Part shown: positions 18,295 to 28,230 of the stretch, piece after piece | How the letters are laid out: every line of letters begins with the position of its first letter | How positions within the stretch are numbered: the stretch's first letter is position 1 | Source: Faecalibacterium sp. | Lineage (GTDB): Bacteria > Bacillota > Clostridia > Oscillospirales > Ruminococcaceae | Direction of reading: 5' to 3' | DNA length: 40,000 nt | Assembly: GCA_022652735.1 (NCBI GenBank) | Contig: JALCRP010000012.1 | Coordinates: forward strand, 20,952 to 60,951 | Translations under genes and position numbers: made by a program | Notes under the pieces: model-generated | What the model was told of the DNA's origin: nothing | Databases searched by the model: none | Seen by the model: the letters and a program-made list of their open reading frames with translations, nothing else

Positions 18295-19029
18295 TTGAGC
18301 GCAAAAATCGTCATGGTGGCTTCCGGCAAGGGCGGCACCGGGAAAAGTACAGTTTCTGTTTTGGCAGGCGGGCGGCTTGCGGCGGCGGGGCAGAAGGTTC
18401 TGCTGATCGAGCTGGATTCGGGCCTGCGCAGCGTAGATATTATTTCCGGCGTATACGGCAAAACGGTATACGATATTGAAGATGTACTGTGCGGGCGGTG
18501 CAGCGGCGAAAAGGCTGTTGTCGAAAGCCCGCTGTATCCGGGCCTTTCGGTTATCAGCGCGCCCTACGAGGGCGGCGAAGTACAAACGCAGGCGCTGCAG
18601 GCGCTGTGCGCCAAAATGCGGGAATATTTCGACTTTTTGCTGATTGATACGGCGGCTGGCATGGGCGCGCCTTTCCGGGCGGCGGCGGCCTGCGCACAGC
18701 AGGCTTTGCTCGTGCTTGGGGCTGACCCTGTTTCGCTGCGCGATGGGCGCATCGTTTCGGATGCGCTGTATGACGGCGGGCTGCACGACATCCGCCTTGT
18801 ATTGAATAAGGTGGCCCCGGCTTCGTTTCAAAACGGCCTTGTGCGCGATGTTGACGAGTGCATTGATACCGTCTGCGCACAGCTGATCGCCGTAATCCCG
18901 GAAAGCCGCGAGGTTCAGTTTGCCGCGGCAAAGGGCGAGGCTTTGCCCGCCGGTTGTTTGGCCTTTACGGCGCTGGACAATTTGGCCCGGCGGCTGCTGG
19001 GGAAAAGGGTTCTTCTTGCGGTGCATTGA
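18295..19029 (+). CDS. MinD/ParA-family P-loop ATPase (MinD-like)
   Basis: A deviant Walker A motif ([10 protein letters not shown]) and a switch II-like LLIDTAAG are present. The TTG start has GGAGG 7 nt upstream. It sits where minCDE lies in related clusters. Confidence 0.8.
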   Translation: MSAKIVMVASGKGGTGKSTVSVLAGGRLAAAGQKVLLIELDSGLRSVDIISGVYGKTVYDIEDVLCGRCSGEKAVVESPLYPGLSVISAPYEGGEVQTQALQALCAKMREYFDFLLIDTAAGMGAPFRAAAACAQQALLVLGADPVSLRDGRIVSDALYDGGLHDIRLVLNKVAPASFQNGLVRDVDECIDTVCAQLIAVIPESREVQFAAAKGEALPAGCLAFTALDNLARRLLGKRVLLAVH

Positions 19030-19061
19030 ACCGCGGGGGGCAGGTTAGGAGGAAAGCGTTC

Positions 19062-19475
19062 ATGACAATCGCGCTGATCGCACATGATTCTAAAAAAGAG
19101 CTGATGGTGCAGTTTTGTACGGCATACTGCCGTATCCTCAGCCAGAACCGTTTGGTGGCCACGGGCACGACAGGCAAGCTGATCGCCGAGGCAACTGGCT
19201 TGGAGATTCAGCGCTTCCTTTCGGGCACACAGGGCGGCGATCAGCAGATCGCCTCCCGCATCGCCTGCAACGAAATTGATCTGTTGCTGTTTTTCCGCGA
19301 TCCGATCAATGCAAAGCCGAGCGAGCCGAACGAGATGAACCTGCTGCGCCTGTGCGATGTGCATAACATCCCGGTGGCAACAAACATTGCCACGGCCGAA
19401 GTGCTGATCCACGGGCTGGAGCGCGGTGATCTCGACTGGCGTGATATTGTTCATCCCCAAAGCAGCGGGAAGTAA
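19062..19475 (+). CDS. mgsA: Methylglyoxal synthase
   Basis: 137 aa: [15 protein letters not shown]...LVATGTTG...GGDQQI. An AGGAGG SD is present. Confidence 0.93.
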   Translation: MTIALIAHDSKKELMVQFCTAYCRILSQNRLVATGTTGKLIAEATGLEIQRFLSGTQGGDQQIASRIACNEIDLLLFFRDPINAKPSEPNEMNLLRLCDVHNIPVATNIATAEVLIHGLERGDLDWRDIVHPQSSGK

Positions 19476-19493
19476 AAACGATTTTTGCAATGT

Positions 19494-19520
19494 GCGGCGC
19501 CGAAAGGCGCCGCTTTTTTT
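19494..19520 (+). terminator. Intrinsic terminator after mgsA
   Basis: GCGGCGCC-gaaa-GGCGCCGC is followed by TTTTTTT. Confidence 0.8.
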
Positions 19521-19569
19521 GTGGTACGGCCCGCTTTCGTACCAAAGCGTGTTTTTCCGGCATACAGCC

Positions 19570-19598
19570 TTGATAACGGCGCGCCAAACCGCTATAAT
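19570..19598 (+). promoter_or_regulatory. Sigma-A type promoter for aspS
   Basis: -35 TTGATA, 17-nt spacer, -10 TATAAT. Confidence 0.6.
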
Positions 19599-19671
19599 GA
19601 TAAAGTCATAGTTTTGGGCGGCGCGCCGGGCTTTCCGCGGGCCGCGCCGCTGAAGGAAAGAGGAAACTTCC

Positions 19672-21459
<1,788 letters not shown>

Positions 21460-21531
21460 CGCGCGGCAAACGGCATGACAGAAAGCGCGGGCCGGCTTTA
21501 TGTGCGGCGCCCGCCCCCAAAGCATGTTTAC

Positions 21532-21569
21532 GGCGCTGCCCGGCTTTCGCCGTGGCAGCGCCGTTTTTT
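21532..21569 (+). terminator. Intrinsic terminator after aspS
   Basis: GGCGCTGCC-(CGGCtttcGCCGt)-GGCAGCGCC is followed by GTTTTTT. Confidence 0.8.
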
Positions 21570-21649
21570 GTGGTTTGCCTTTGGCACAGCACGGCGAAGG
21601 CAAAAATTTACACGAAAAAAATGAAAAATGCGAACGATTTTTACCGATA

Positions 21650-21752
21650 GGCTGTAGTATCGCGGGCCACAGCCTCGTAGTATGGGCAGACCGGTCAACA
21701 AGCGGGTCCCTCGCTTCGGGGCCTGCCACGAGAGGGGAGGGAGCCACAGCAG
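21650..21752 (+). promoter_or_regulatory. GC-rich structured leader upstream of the ECF sigma gene, with short direct and inverted repeats
   Basis: GGCTGT (21650-55) is complementary to ACAGCC (21669-74). GTAGTAT occurs twice (21654-60 and 21677-83). GCCACAGC occurs twice (21666-73 and 21743-50). There is a long-range pairing of CTCGT/GGCAG with CTGCC/ACGAG. Confidence 0.3.
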
Positions 21753-22277
21753 GTGACTGCAATGGATTTTACGGCGATGGTATCGCAGTATCAGGGCCTT
21801 GTTTATACAGTTTGCCGCCAGATGGTGAACGACTCTGATCTCGCCGAGGACCTCGCCCAGGATACCTTCCTCTCCGCTTGGCGCAGCATCGACCGATGCC
21901 CCGAAGGATACGAAAAGCAATGGCTCGCCAGAATCGCCGCCAATAAGGCGCGCGACCACTTAAAAAGCGCATGGAACCGCAAGGTGGATGCGCCCGGCGA
22001 TGACATCCTTTCGCTTTCCGGCGCGCCGCCCGAGGAGCAGCCCGAGGCGCTTACCTTGGAGCAGGATGGCGAAGGCCGCCTGCGTGATATGATTCTCGCC
22101 TTGCGGGAACCGTATTTAACCCCCTCAAAGCTCTATTTTTTGGGGCAGTATCCCGTAGAGCAAGTGGCGAAAATGTGTGGCCGACCGGCTAAAACGGTTA
22201 GCGCACAGCTATTCCGAGCAAAAAAAATGCTGCAAAAGCAAATTCTGGAAAGGAGAATGCAGGATGGAGTTGTTTAA
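21753..22277 (+). CDS. ECF-type RNA polymerase sigma factor (sigma-70 family, group 4)
   Basis: 174 aa. A region 2-like DLAQDTFLSAW and a region 4 HTH (VAKMCGRPAKTVSAQLFRAKKML) are present. The GTG start lies 9 nt after GGGAGGGAG. Confidence 0.9.
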   Translation: MTAMDFTAMVSQYQGLVYTVCRQMVNDSDLAEDLAQDTFLSAWRSIDRCPEGYEKQWLARIAANKARDHLKSAWNRKVDAPGDDILSLSGAPPEEQPEALTLEQDGEGRLRDMILALREPYLTPSKLYFLGQYPVEQVAKMCGRPAKTVSAQLFRAKKMLQKQILERRMQDGVV

Positions 22278-22719
22278 CGAAAAAGGATGCCTGACCAACA
22301 GCGGCCTGCTGGCGCTTGTGCAAAACAGGCTGGACGAAATGGGCCGGCTGGAGGCTGCCGAGCATCTTTCCTACTGCGACAAATGCCTTGATCGCTACAC
22401 CGGCCTTTTGACGCCGGAAGTGATCGAGCAGCCGAAACATTCTGTTTCCGGGCCTGTCCTGCGCTCTGTATGGGCACAGGCCATGCAATCCACCTTTGGG
22501 CGCAGCGCGGTAGCGGTTGTTGCCGCGGCGCTGGCGCTGACCTTCTGGTCGACGGGCACTTTCCAAGTGCAAAAGTGGCAGAAAGCACAGCTCCCCACGC
22601 AAAACTCCCTTACCGGAAGTGCGATTACCCAGATGTGGGATCACTGCACCGATTTTATTTCCAACTCGCTCAAGCTGCCGGAGCTGTCGGCAAGCAATGG
22701 AGGAAACAACCATGAATAA
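22264..22719 (+). CDS. Anti-sigma factor, zinc-finger (ZAS, H-x3-C-x2-C) type with one TM helix
   Basis: HLSYCDKC matches HxxxCxxC. A hydrophobic helix AVAVVAAALALTFW is present. The gene overlaps the sigma gene by 14 nt. An AGGAGA SD is present. Confidence 0.75.
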   Translation: MELFNEKGCLTNSGLLALVQNRLDEMGRLEAAEHLSYCDKCLDRYTGLLTPEVIEQPKHSVSGPVLRSVWAQAMQSTFGRSAVAVVAAALALTFWSTGTFQVQKWQKAQLPTQNSLTGSAITQMWDHCTDFISNSLKLPELSASNGGNNHE

Positions 22720-23530
22720 CAATCCGTATCAGGGCCAATATCAGGCGCCGCAGTATTCCGCCCCGCAGTATCAGGCGCCGCAGACGCCGAACTATTATAA
22801 TATGGGCCGCCCGCAAAACCCGGCGGGGGCGAAAAGCGGCTTTTTGACCTTCTGCTTTGCCTTCGTGCCCGGCGCGGGTGAGATGTATCTCGGCCACATG
22901 AAGCGCGGCGTTTCGTTAAGCGTACTCTTCTTTGGGCTGTGGTGGCTCAGCGCCATGATTATCGACGGGCTGTGGATTGCGCTGCCGGTGATCTGGATGT
23001 ACAGCTTCTTCGATACCTTTAACCTGCGCGGGCGGCTGGCCGCCGGCACTGCCGAGCCGGATGCTTTGCTGTTCCATCTGGAGGACAGCGAAAAGGTGCG
23101 CAATCTTTTGGAAAAGCGCCACACGCTGATTGGCTGTGGGCTGATCGTGCTGGGCATCTGGGCCGTTTACGATCAGTTTATCAAGCCGGCGATCTGGTCC
23201 TTGTGCAATTTCTTGAATATGCCCGTGCTGGCCGATCTGATCGACAGCCTGCCTTCGCTGGTGCTCATCATCGCGCTAATCCTCGTGGGCATTTGGCTGG
23301 TGCGCGGCCCGCAGCAGCATAAAGGCTTTGTGGCCCAGCCGGAGGATGACATCCAGTATTACGCCGCCGACCCGGAGCAGACGGAACAGCCGGCAGCCCC
23401 GGCCGAAAACCCGATCACCAAGGCGGCGCAGCCTGCGGCCCCGATGGCAAATCCGTTTGACGCAATGGGCCCGGAACCGGGCGCCGCGCCGCAAAGCCCG
23501 GAGGATCAACAGGATGATACAAAACAGTAA
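22712..23530 (+). CDS. Multi-pass membrane protein with Q/Y/P-rich N-terminus and acidic Pro-rich C-terminus
   Basis: 272 aa with N-terminal QYQAPQ-type repeats. GAGEMYLGHMKRG is a TM2-like segment. Later helices resemble LiaF/LiaI-type TM regions. The gene overlaps the anti-sigma gene by 8 nt. A GGAGGA SD is present. Confidence 0.6.
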   Translation: MNNNPYQGQYQAPQYSAPQYQAPQTPNYYNMGRPQNPAGAKSGFLTFCFAFVPGAGEMYLGHMKRGVSLSVLFFGLWWLSAMIIDGLWIALPVIWMYSFFDTFNLRGRLAAGTAEPDALLFHLEDSEKVRNLLEKRHTLIGCGLIVLGIWAVYDQFIKPAIWSLCNFLNMPVLADLIDSLPSLVLIIALILVGIWLVRGPQQHKGFVAQPEDDIQYYAADPEQTEQPAAPAENPITKAAQPAAPMANPFDAMGPEPGAAPQSPEDQQDDTKQ

Positions 23531-23870
23531 AACGACGCAGCCTGCCCCGGAAGAAAAGCCGGTGCGCCGCGTGGGGACGATTACCCTCGGCATCTTTCTG
23601 ATTGTGCTGGGCGGCTGCCTGCTGGGCTATTACTTTATCCCGGGCTTCCCGGTGCTGCTGGCACAGGAGCTTTCGCCCTTGATGCTGGTTGCGATGGGGG
23701 CAGAGGTGCTGTTCTTTTCCGCGCATCCCGGCCGCTGCCGTGTGGATTTCGCCAGTGTGCTGCTGTGCCTTGCGCTGATGGTCGGATGCTTTGTGCTGGC
23801 GTTTGTGCCCGTCGCGTGTGAGCGCGCGGCCTATTACAGCCAAAATCAGGTAGAGTTTCACGCAGAATAA
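23514..23870 (+). CDS. Small membrane protein (LiaF-N/DUF5668-like TM region)
   Basis: 118 aa: ITLGIFLIVLGGCLLGYY...PLMLVAMGAEVL. The ATG at 23514 has a GGAGGA SD. The gene overlaps the upstream gene by 17 nt. Confidence 0.6.
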   Translation: MIQNSKTTQPAPEEKPVRRVGTITLGIFLIVLGGCLLGYYFIPGFPVLLAQELSPLMLVAMGAEVLFFSAHPGRCRVDFASVLLCLALMVGCFVLAFVPVACERAAYYSQNQVEFHAE

Positions 23871-23880
23871 GCGCAGTGTA

Positions 23881-23930
23881 AAAAAGAAAAGGCGTCTCCT
23901 CGGCCAACGGCCACAGGAGACGCCTTTTTT
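23881..23930. terminator. Bidirectional intrinsic terminator between the ECF operon and corA
   Basis: GGCGTCTCCT-(14 nt)-AGGAGACGCC is flanked by an A-tract on the left and a T6 tract on the right. Confidence 0.85.
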
Positions 23931-23964
23931 GCAAAGAAATGTGCACGGCACAACGCGCCGCGCT

Positions 23965-24810
23965 TCAAAACCAGCGCTTGCGCTTGAAATAGACGATCAG
24001 CCCGATGCTGAACAGTACGCTGACAGCGATAAATGTCGGATAGCCATACTGCCATTGCAGCTCGGGCATATTGGAAAAGTTCATGCCGTACCAGCCGACA
24101 AGCAGCGTCAGCGGCAAAAACACCGCGGTAATCAGCGTAAACACTTTCATCAGCTCGTTTTGCTCGATGTCGATCTGGGCCTGATAAGCTTCGCGCATCT
24201 GGGTGACATAATCCCGCAGGTTCAGCACGGCGCTGTGAAAGCGATCAACTCGGCTGCCAAGGATCGTCAGACGGCGCACGGCATCCTCGCTGAACAGCTC
24301 ATTATCGTTCGAGATCAGGCTTTCAAATACGGAACTAAGCTGCGAATAATAGCGCTTAAGGCGCAGCAGCTCGCGGCGATAGCCCGAGATCTGGCTGAGA
24401 TAATCAATGCGATGGCCGCGGCTGAACTTATCCGAAAGCGCATCCTCCTCGGCCTCGGTGATGATCGTCTCATAAGCATCGAGATGCGTCATGTCGTTTC
24501 TCAGCAGATTGCCGAAAAAAGCAAGCAGCGCCTTTTCGTTGGTATAGCCCGCAGGCAGCAGCTTTTGCATGTGTTCGAGCGTGACGGCGTCCTCACATAG
24601 AATCAAAAGATCTTCCGCATCAATATAAATCAAAACCTGTGCCAGTACAGTACGGTCGGTGGCGACATCGTACCAATCGAATGCAAGCAGGTTGAAACCC
24701 TCGAAGCTCTCAAAAGTTTCTGTCTGGCCCTCGGCGATATACGCCAGAACCTTCGGGTCGATGTCGTCGGCAACAGACTGCACGTCTGCGGTAAGCAATA
24801 CTTTCTGCAT
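23965..24810 (-). CDS. corA: CorA-family magnesium/cobalt transporter
   Basis: 281 aa. The signature YGMNF lies in the loop between two C-terminal TM helices. Confidence 0.9.
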   Translation of the reverse strand: MQKVLLTADVQSVADDIDPKVLAYIAEGQTETFESFEGFNLLAFDWYDVATDRTVLAQVLIYIDAEDLLILCEDAVTLEHMQKLLPAGYTNEKALLAFFGNLLRNDMTHLDAYETIITEAEEDALSDKFSRGHRIDYLSQISGYRRELLRLKRYYSQLSSVFESLISNDNELFSEDAVRRLTILGSRVDRFHSAVLNLRDYVTQMREAYQAQIDIEQNELMKVFTLITAVFLPLTLLVGWYGMNFSNMPELQWQYGYPTFIAVSVLFSIGLIVYFKRKRWF

Positions 24811-24864
24811 GAAACGCGGGAACCTCTTTCTGTTAAACTGCCGCGGCGCTGCGCCGCGAAAAGA

Positions 24865-25620
24865 TTACATCACAATGCCGCCATCGACGCTGAGCACTGC
24901 GCCGGTAATATAGCCGGCCATGTCGCTTGCCAAAAATACAAAGGCATTGGCAATGTCCTCAGCGCCGCCGAAACGGCGCATCGGGATGGCCGCCAGCAGC
25001 GGCTTGCGGTAGGCCTCGGGCAGCGCGGCGACCATATCGGTATCCGTGACGCCGGGCGCAACCGCGTTGACGCGGATGCCGTCGGGGCCAAGCTCCCGCG
25101 CGAGAGATTTCGTCAGGCCGTTTACGGCAAACTTCGAGGCCGGATAGCCGCAGCCGGAGCGTTGGCCGTACAGGCTTACCATCGAGCTGGTATTCAAAAT
25201 AACGCCGCCGCCCTGTGCGCGCATCGTCGGCGTAACGGCGTGGCAGCCGTTAAACACGGCTTTGACGTTCAAATCCATCGCCTTATCAAAATCTGCGGGC
25301 GTATAATCGTAGATGCTTTGGCTCTGCGAGATGCCGGCATTGTTTACCAGCACATCGATGCGGCCATATTTTTTCACGATCTCATCCATCGCCGTCTGCA
25401 CGGCCATCGCATCTGTTAAGGCGGGCCACTTACCATCCACCGCCGCGCCGGGATGGCTTTCCGCCAGTTTCTGCAGCGCCTTAGCCACCGTTTCCTCGCG
25501 CGAGCCGAACAGAACCACCGTGGCGCCGCGCTCCAAAAACGCGGTGACGGTAGAAAAGCCGATGCCACGTGTGCCGCCCGTCACCACTACGACCTTACCG
25601 GTAAAATCCAACGAATCCAT
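24865..25620 (-). CDS. Short-chain dehydrogenase/reductase (FabG-like)
   Basis: TGGTRGIG Rossmann motif, NNAG, and catalytic YPASK (Y-x3-K) are present. The ATG at 25620 has a GAAGGAGGG SD. Confidence 0.9.
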   Translation of the reverse strand: MDSLDFTGKVVVVTGGTRGIGFSTVTAFLERGATVVLFGSREETVAKALQKLAESHPGAAVDGKWPALTDAMAVQTAMDEIVKKYGRIDVLVNNAGISQSQSIYDYTPADFDKAMDLNVKAVFNGCHAVTPTMRAQGGGVILNTSSMVSLYGQRSGCGYPASKFAVNGLTKSLARELGPDGIRVNAVAPGVTDTDMVAALPEAYRKPLLAAIPMRRFGGAEDIANAFVFLASDMAGYITGAVLSVDGGIVM

Positions 25621-25656
25621 TCCAAAACCCTCCTTCTTTTGTGTTTCGATACTTCG

Positions 25657-25685
25657 ACTATACCGATGCCTGCCGTGTTTGTCAA
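25657..25685 (-). promoter_or_regulatory. Sigma-A type promoter for the SDR-corA unit
   Basis: On the minus strand: -35 TTGACA, 17-nt spacer, -10 TATAGT. Confidence 0.6.
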
Positions 25686-25690
25686 GGCAC

Positions 25691-25724
25691 GAAAAAGAAA
25701 ATGGCCTATCCAACAGGATAGGCC
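25691..25724 (-). terminator. Intrinsic terminator after degV
   Basis: On the minus strand GGCCTATCC-tgtt-GGATAGGCC is followed by ATTTTCTTTTT. Confidence 0.8.
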
Positions 25725-25737
25725 AAAAAACGCGGTA

Positions 25738-26610
25738 TCAGCCTTTGTCCGGGGCCTGTGCATCCGGCTTGCCGTCAAAAAAGGCGAGCGCAAATGCGCC
25801 GGGGCCGCCGTGCGTGCCGATCACGCAGCCGATCGTATCAAGCAACAGCGTGGCATCCGGGTATTCCTTGTGGATATACCGCTGGATCGGCTCCATCTGG
25901 GACAGGCCGGTGGTGTAGCCGCCCACACAGGGGCTTTCGGGCGCGGGGCCGCCGGCGGCTTCGAGAACCTTGAATACGGCCACATACGCGCCGGGCAGGC
26001 CGCGGGCCTTGCCAGCCATCGCTACCTTGCCGTCCTTGATGGTAACCAGCGGCTTAATGCCGAGCATGCCGCCCGCTACCGCCACAGCGGCGGGCAGGCG
26101 CCCGCCCTTGCGCAAAAACTTCAAATCGTCAATGACGGCGATCACATGCAGATGGCGTTTGGCGGCAACCAGTGCGGCGGCAATGTGCTCGGCGTCGAGG
26201 CCCTTATCGCGCAAGGCGCAGGCCAGCCGCACCAGCAGCCCTTCGCCGATCGAGGCAGTGCCGCTGTCGATCAGATGCACCTTTTCATAATCCGACATGG
26301 AAGCGCCGATGCTGGCGCTTTGGAACGTGCCGGAAAGCTCGGACGAAAGCAGCACGGCAACTACTTCTTTATCCTCTGCCTTGGCGCGGTCAAACGCCTC
26401 GGCAAAAAGGTCAGGGCTGGGCTGGCTCGTCGTCGGCAGCTTTTTGCAGCTTGCCAGATGCGGGAAAAATACCGCGGCATCCGTATCGATGCCGTCGCGC
26501 AGCACTTCGCCGGTTTCCAGCGTGACATGCAGCGGGATCAGCTGCACCTGCAAGGCGGCGGCCTCCTCTTGAGAAAGGTCACATGCCGAATCTGCGAGAA
26601 TCTGAACCAT
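25738..26610 (-). CDS. DegV family fatty-acid-binding protein
   Basis: ILADSACDL and PTTSQPSP motifs are present. The ATG at 26610 lies 5 nt after GGAGG. The track start at 26622 is a TTG inside the SD. Confidence 0.9.
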   Translation of the reverse strand: MVQILADSACDLSQEEAAALQVQLIPLHVTLETGEVLRDGIDTDAAVFFPHLASCKKLPTTSQPSPDLFAEAFDRAKAEDKEVVAVLLSSELSGTFQSASIGASMSDYEKVHLIDSGTASIGEGLLVRLACALRDKGLDAEHIAAALVAAKRHLHVIAVIDDLKFLRKGGRLPAAVAVAGGMLGIKPLVTIKDGKVAMAGKARGLPGAYVAVFKVLEAAGGPAPESPCVGGYTTGLSQMEPIQRYIHKEYPDATLLLDTIGCVIGTHGGPGAFALAFFDGKPDAQAPDKG

Positions 26611-26639
26611 AAGCACCTCCAATTTTAATTATGCGGCAC

Positions 26640-26668
26640 AGTATAGCAAATCCAGGTGGGAAAAGCAA
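26640..26668 (-). promoter_or_regulatory. Sigma-A type promoter for degV
   Basis: On the minus strand: -35 TTGCTT, 17-nt spacer, -10 TATACT. Confidence 0.5.
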
Positions 26669-26762
26669 GGCACGGACGGTGAAATCGCCCGGCGGGCGGT
26701 ATACTCTTTTTGCCGAATGTTGTATAATCATATAACAGCACAGCAGAAAGGCGGCGGCGCAG

Positions 26763-27683
26763 ATGACCTTATCAAAGCGACAGTTCGGCCGCGGCTTTCA
26801 GGCGGCGGGGGCAGCATGCGCCGGGTGTGCGATTTTGTATCTCCTTACGGATACGTTGGCGGTGCGGCTGGCGCAGGCGGTGCTGCGCCGATGGCTCGCG
26901 GGCGCCGGCGCCGGGGCTTTGGCTGCGCTGTATGAGCGCTGTACGTGGCTGGCAACGATGCTTTCGGAGCTTGCCGCGCTGGCGCTGCCCGTCCTTGCGG
27001 CAATGGGGCTGTTTTTGCTTTCGCCGGCCGAAATGGGCCTGCGCCGCCCGCGCAAGGCGCTGCTTGGCCCGGCGATTTGCCTGTACTTGGGCGGCAGCGA
27101 GCTTTTGAACCTGCTGGCCGGCGTTGTTGGCGAAAAGACGGGCAGCACCCAGAGCATTGTCCTGCCGGAAAGCGCGGGCGCGCTGTGCATCGCATTTCTT
27201 TCTGTGTGCGTTGTGCCGGCCATCGGCGAGGAGCTTTTGTTTCGCGGCGCGGCGTGTGCGCTGCTGCGGCCTTACGGCGCATGGCTGGCGATTTGGGGGC
27301 AGGCAATTTTGTTTGCGCTGCTGCACCAAAAAATCTCTGCCATTGTGTTTGCGTTGCCGTCGGGGCTGTTCTTTGGCTATTTAGCAGAAAACACCGGCAG
27401 CCTTGCGCCGGGTATGGCGCTGCATTTTGTCAATAATTGTCAGGCTTTTGGGATGCTGTATTTTTCCCGCATGGGGCTGGGCGCACTTTCGGGCGCGCTG
27501 GGCGCGGTGGGGCTGATCGTATTGCCGGCGCTGGCGGTAGGCACGGCGCTTTGGCTGGCCGCCCGCCGGGATAAGCGCTTTTCGGCGCTTCCGGCCGGGG
27601 CCTCGCCGCTGCGGCTGCTGCGCTGTGCGCCGTGGGTGCTTGCGGCGGCCTTTTTGCTGGCAGACAGTGTGCTGAAACTGTGA
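26763..27683 (+). CDS. CPBP family intramembrane glutamic endopeptidase (CAAX protease-like)
   Basis: Motif 1 EELLFRG, motif 2 FALLH and motif 3 HFVNN are set in a polytopic membrane protein. Confidence 0.85.
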   Translation: MTLSKRQFGRGFQAAGAACAGCAILYLLTDTLAVRLAQAVLRRWLAGAGAGALAALYERCTWLATMLSELAALALPVLAAMGLFLLSPAEMGLRRPRKALLGPAICLYLGGSELLNLLAGVVGEKTGSTQSIVLPESAGALCIAFLSVCVVPAIGEELLFRGAACALLRPYGAWLAIWGQAILFALLHQKISAIVFALPSGLFFGYLAENTGSLAPGMALHFVNNCQAFGMLYFSRMGLGALSGALGAVGLIVLPALAVGTALWLAARRDKRFSALPAGASPLRLLRCAPWVLAAAFLLADSVLKL

Positions 27684-27698
27684 CAAAGGGGAATACAG

Positions 27699-28181
27699 AT
27701 GAACGATGAGGAACTGATGCAGGCGGCGCTGGCCCAAGCGCGGGAGGCTGCCCGCTTAGGCGAAGTGCCCGTAGGGGCCGTGATCGCCAAGGACGGCGAG
27801 ATCATCGCCGCGGCACATAACACGCGCGAAACAGAAAAGAACGCCACGCATCACGCTGAGCTGCTGGCCATCGATGCGGCATGCCGGGCGCTGGGCGGCT
27901 GGCGGCTTTGGCAATGCGAGTTATTTGTAACGCTTGAGCCTTGCCCGATGTGCAGCGGCGCGATCCTCAACAGCCGGCTGCGGCGTGTGGTTTATGCCGC
28001 GCCGGACCCCAAGGCGGGCTGCTGCGGCTCGATGATCGACCTATTTAAGCTGCCCTTTAATCATCATCCCCAAATCGAGCACGGCCTATGCGAAGCCGAG
28101 GCCGCGGCGCTGCTGGAGGCGTTTTTCGCCGCGCTGCGCCGCAAACGTGCCACGGCCCCGAAATGGCAGCCGCCCCAATGA
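27699..28181 (+). CDS. tadA: tRNA adenosine(34) deaminase
   Basis: The HAE (HHAELLAI) and PCxxC (EPCPMCSGA) zinc motifs are present. 160 aa. Confidence 0.95.
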   Translation: MNDEELMQAALAQAREAARLGEVPVGAVIAKDGEIIAAAHNTRETEKNATHHAELLAIDAACRALGGWRLWQCELFVTLEPCPMCSGAILNSRLRRVVYAAPDPKAGCCGSMIDLFKLPFNHHPQIEHGLCEAEAAALLEAFFAALRRKRATAPKWQPPQ

Positions 28182-28230
28182 TTTTTTGCACATACTAGAT
28201 ACCCGTAGAAAAAGCGGAAGGAGAACCTGT

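Noticed and set aside
19521-19671. Possible T-box leader upstream of aspS.
   Set aside because: The predicted promoter leaves a leader of only about 70 nt. There is no specifier hairpin, no T-box sequence and no terminator/antiterminator pair.
21620-21660. ECF-type autoregulatory promoter (GAAC ... CGT) upstream of the sigma gene.
   Set aside because: A GAAC is present at 21632-35, but no CGT-type -10 element lies at 16-17 nt spacing. TAGTAT also lacks a matching -35 box. The promoter therefore could not be assigned.
25453-26628. Plus-strand 391-aa ORF.
   Set aside because: It is antisense to degV and to the SDR promoter region. It is a shadow ORF.
28182-28230. SRP RNA (ffs), which often lies downstream of tadA in Firmicutes.
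   Set aside because: The gap is only 49 nt and the next feature is a protein-coding SDR gene. There is no room for an SRP RNA.
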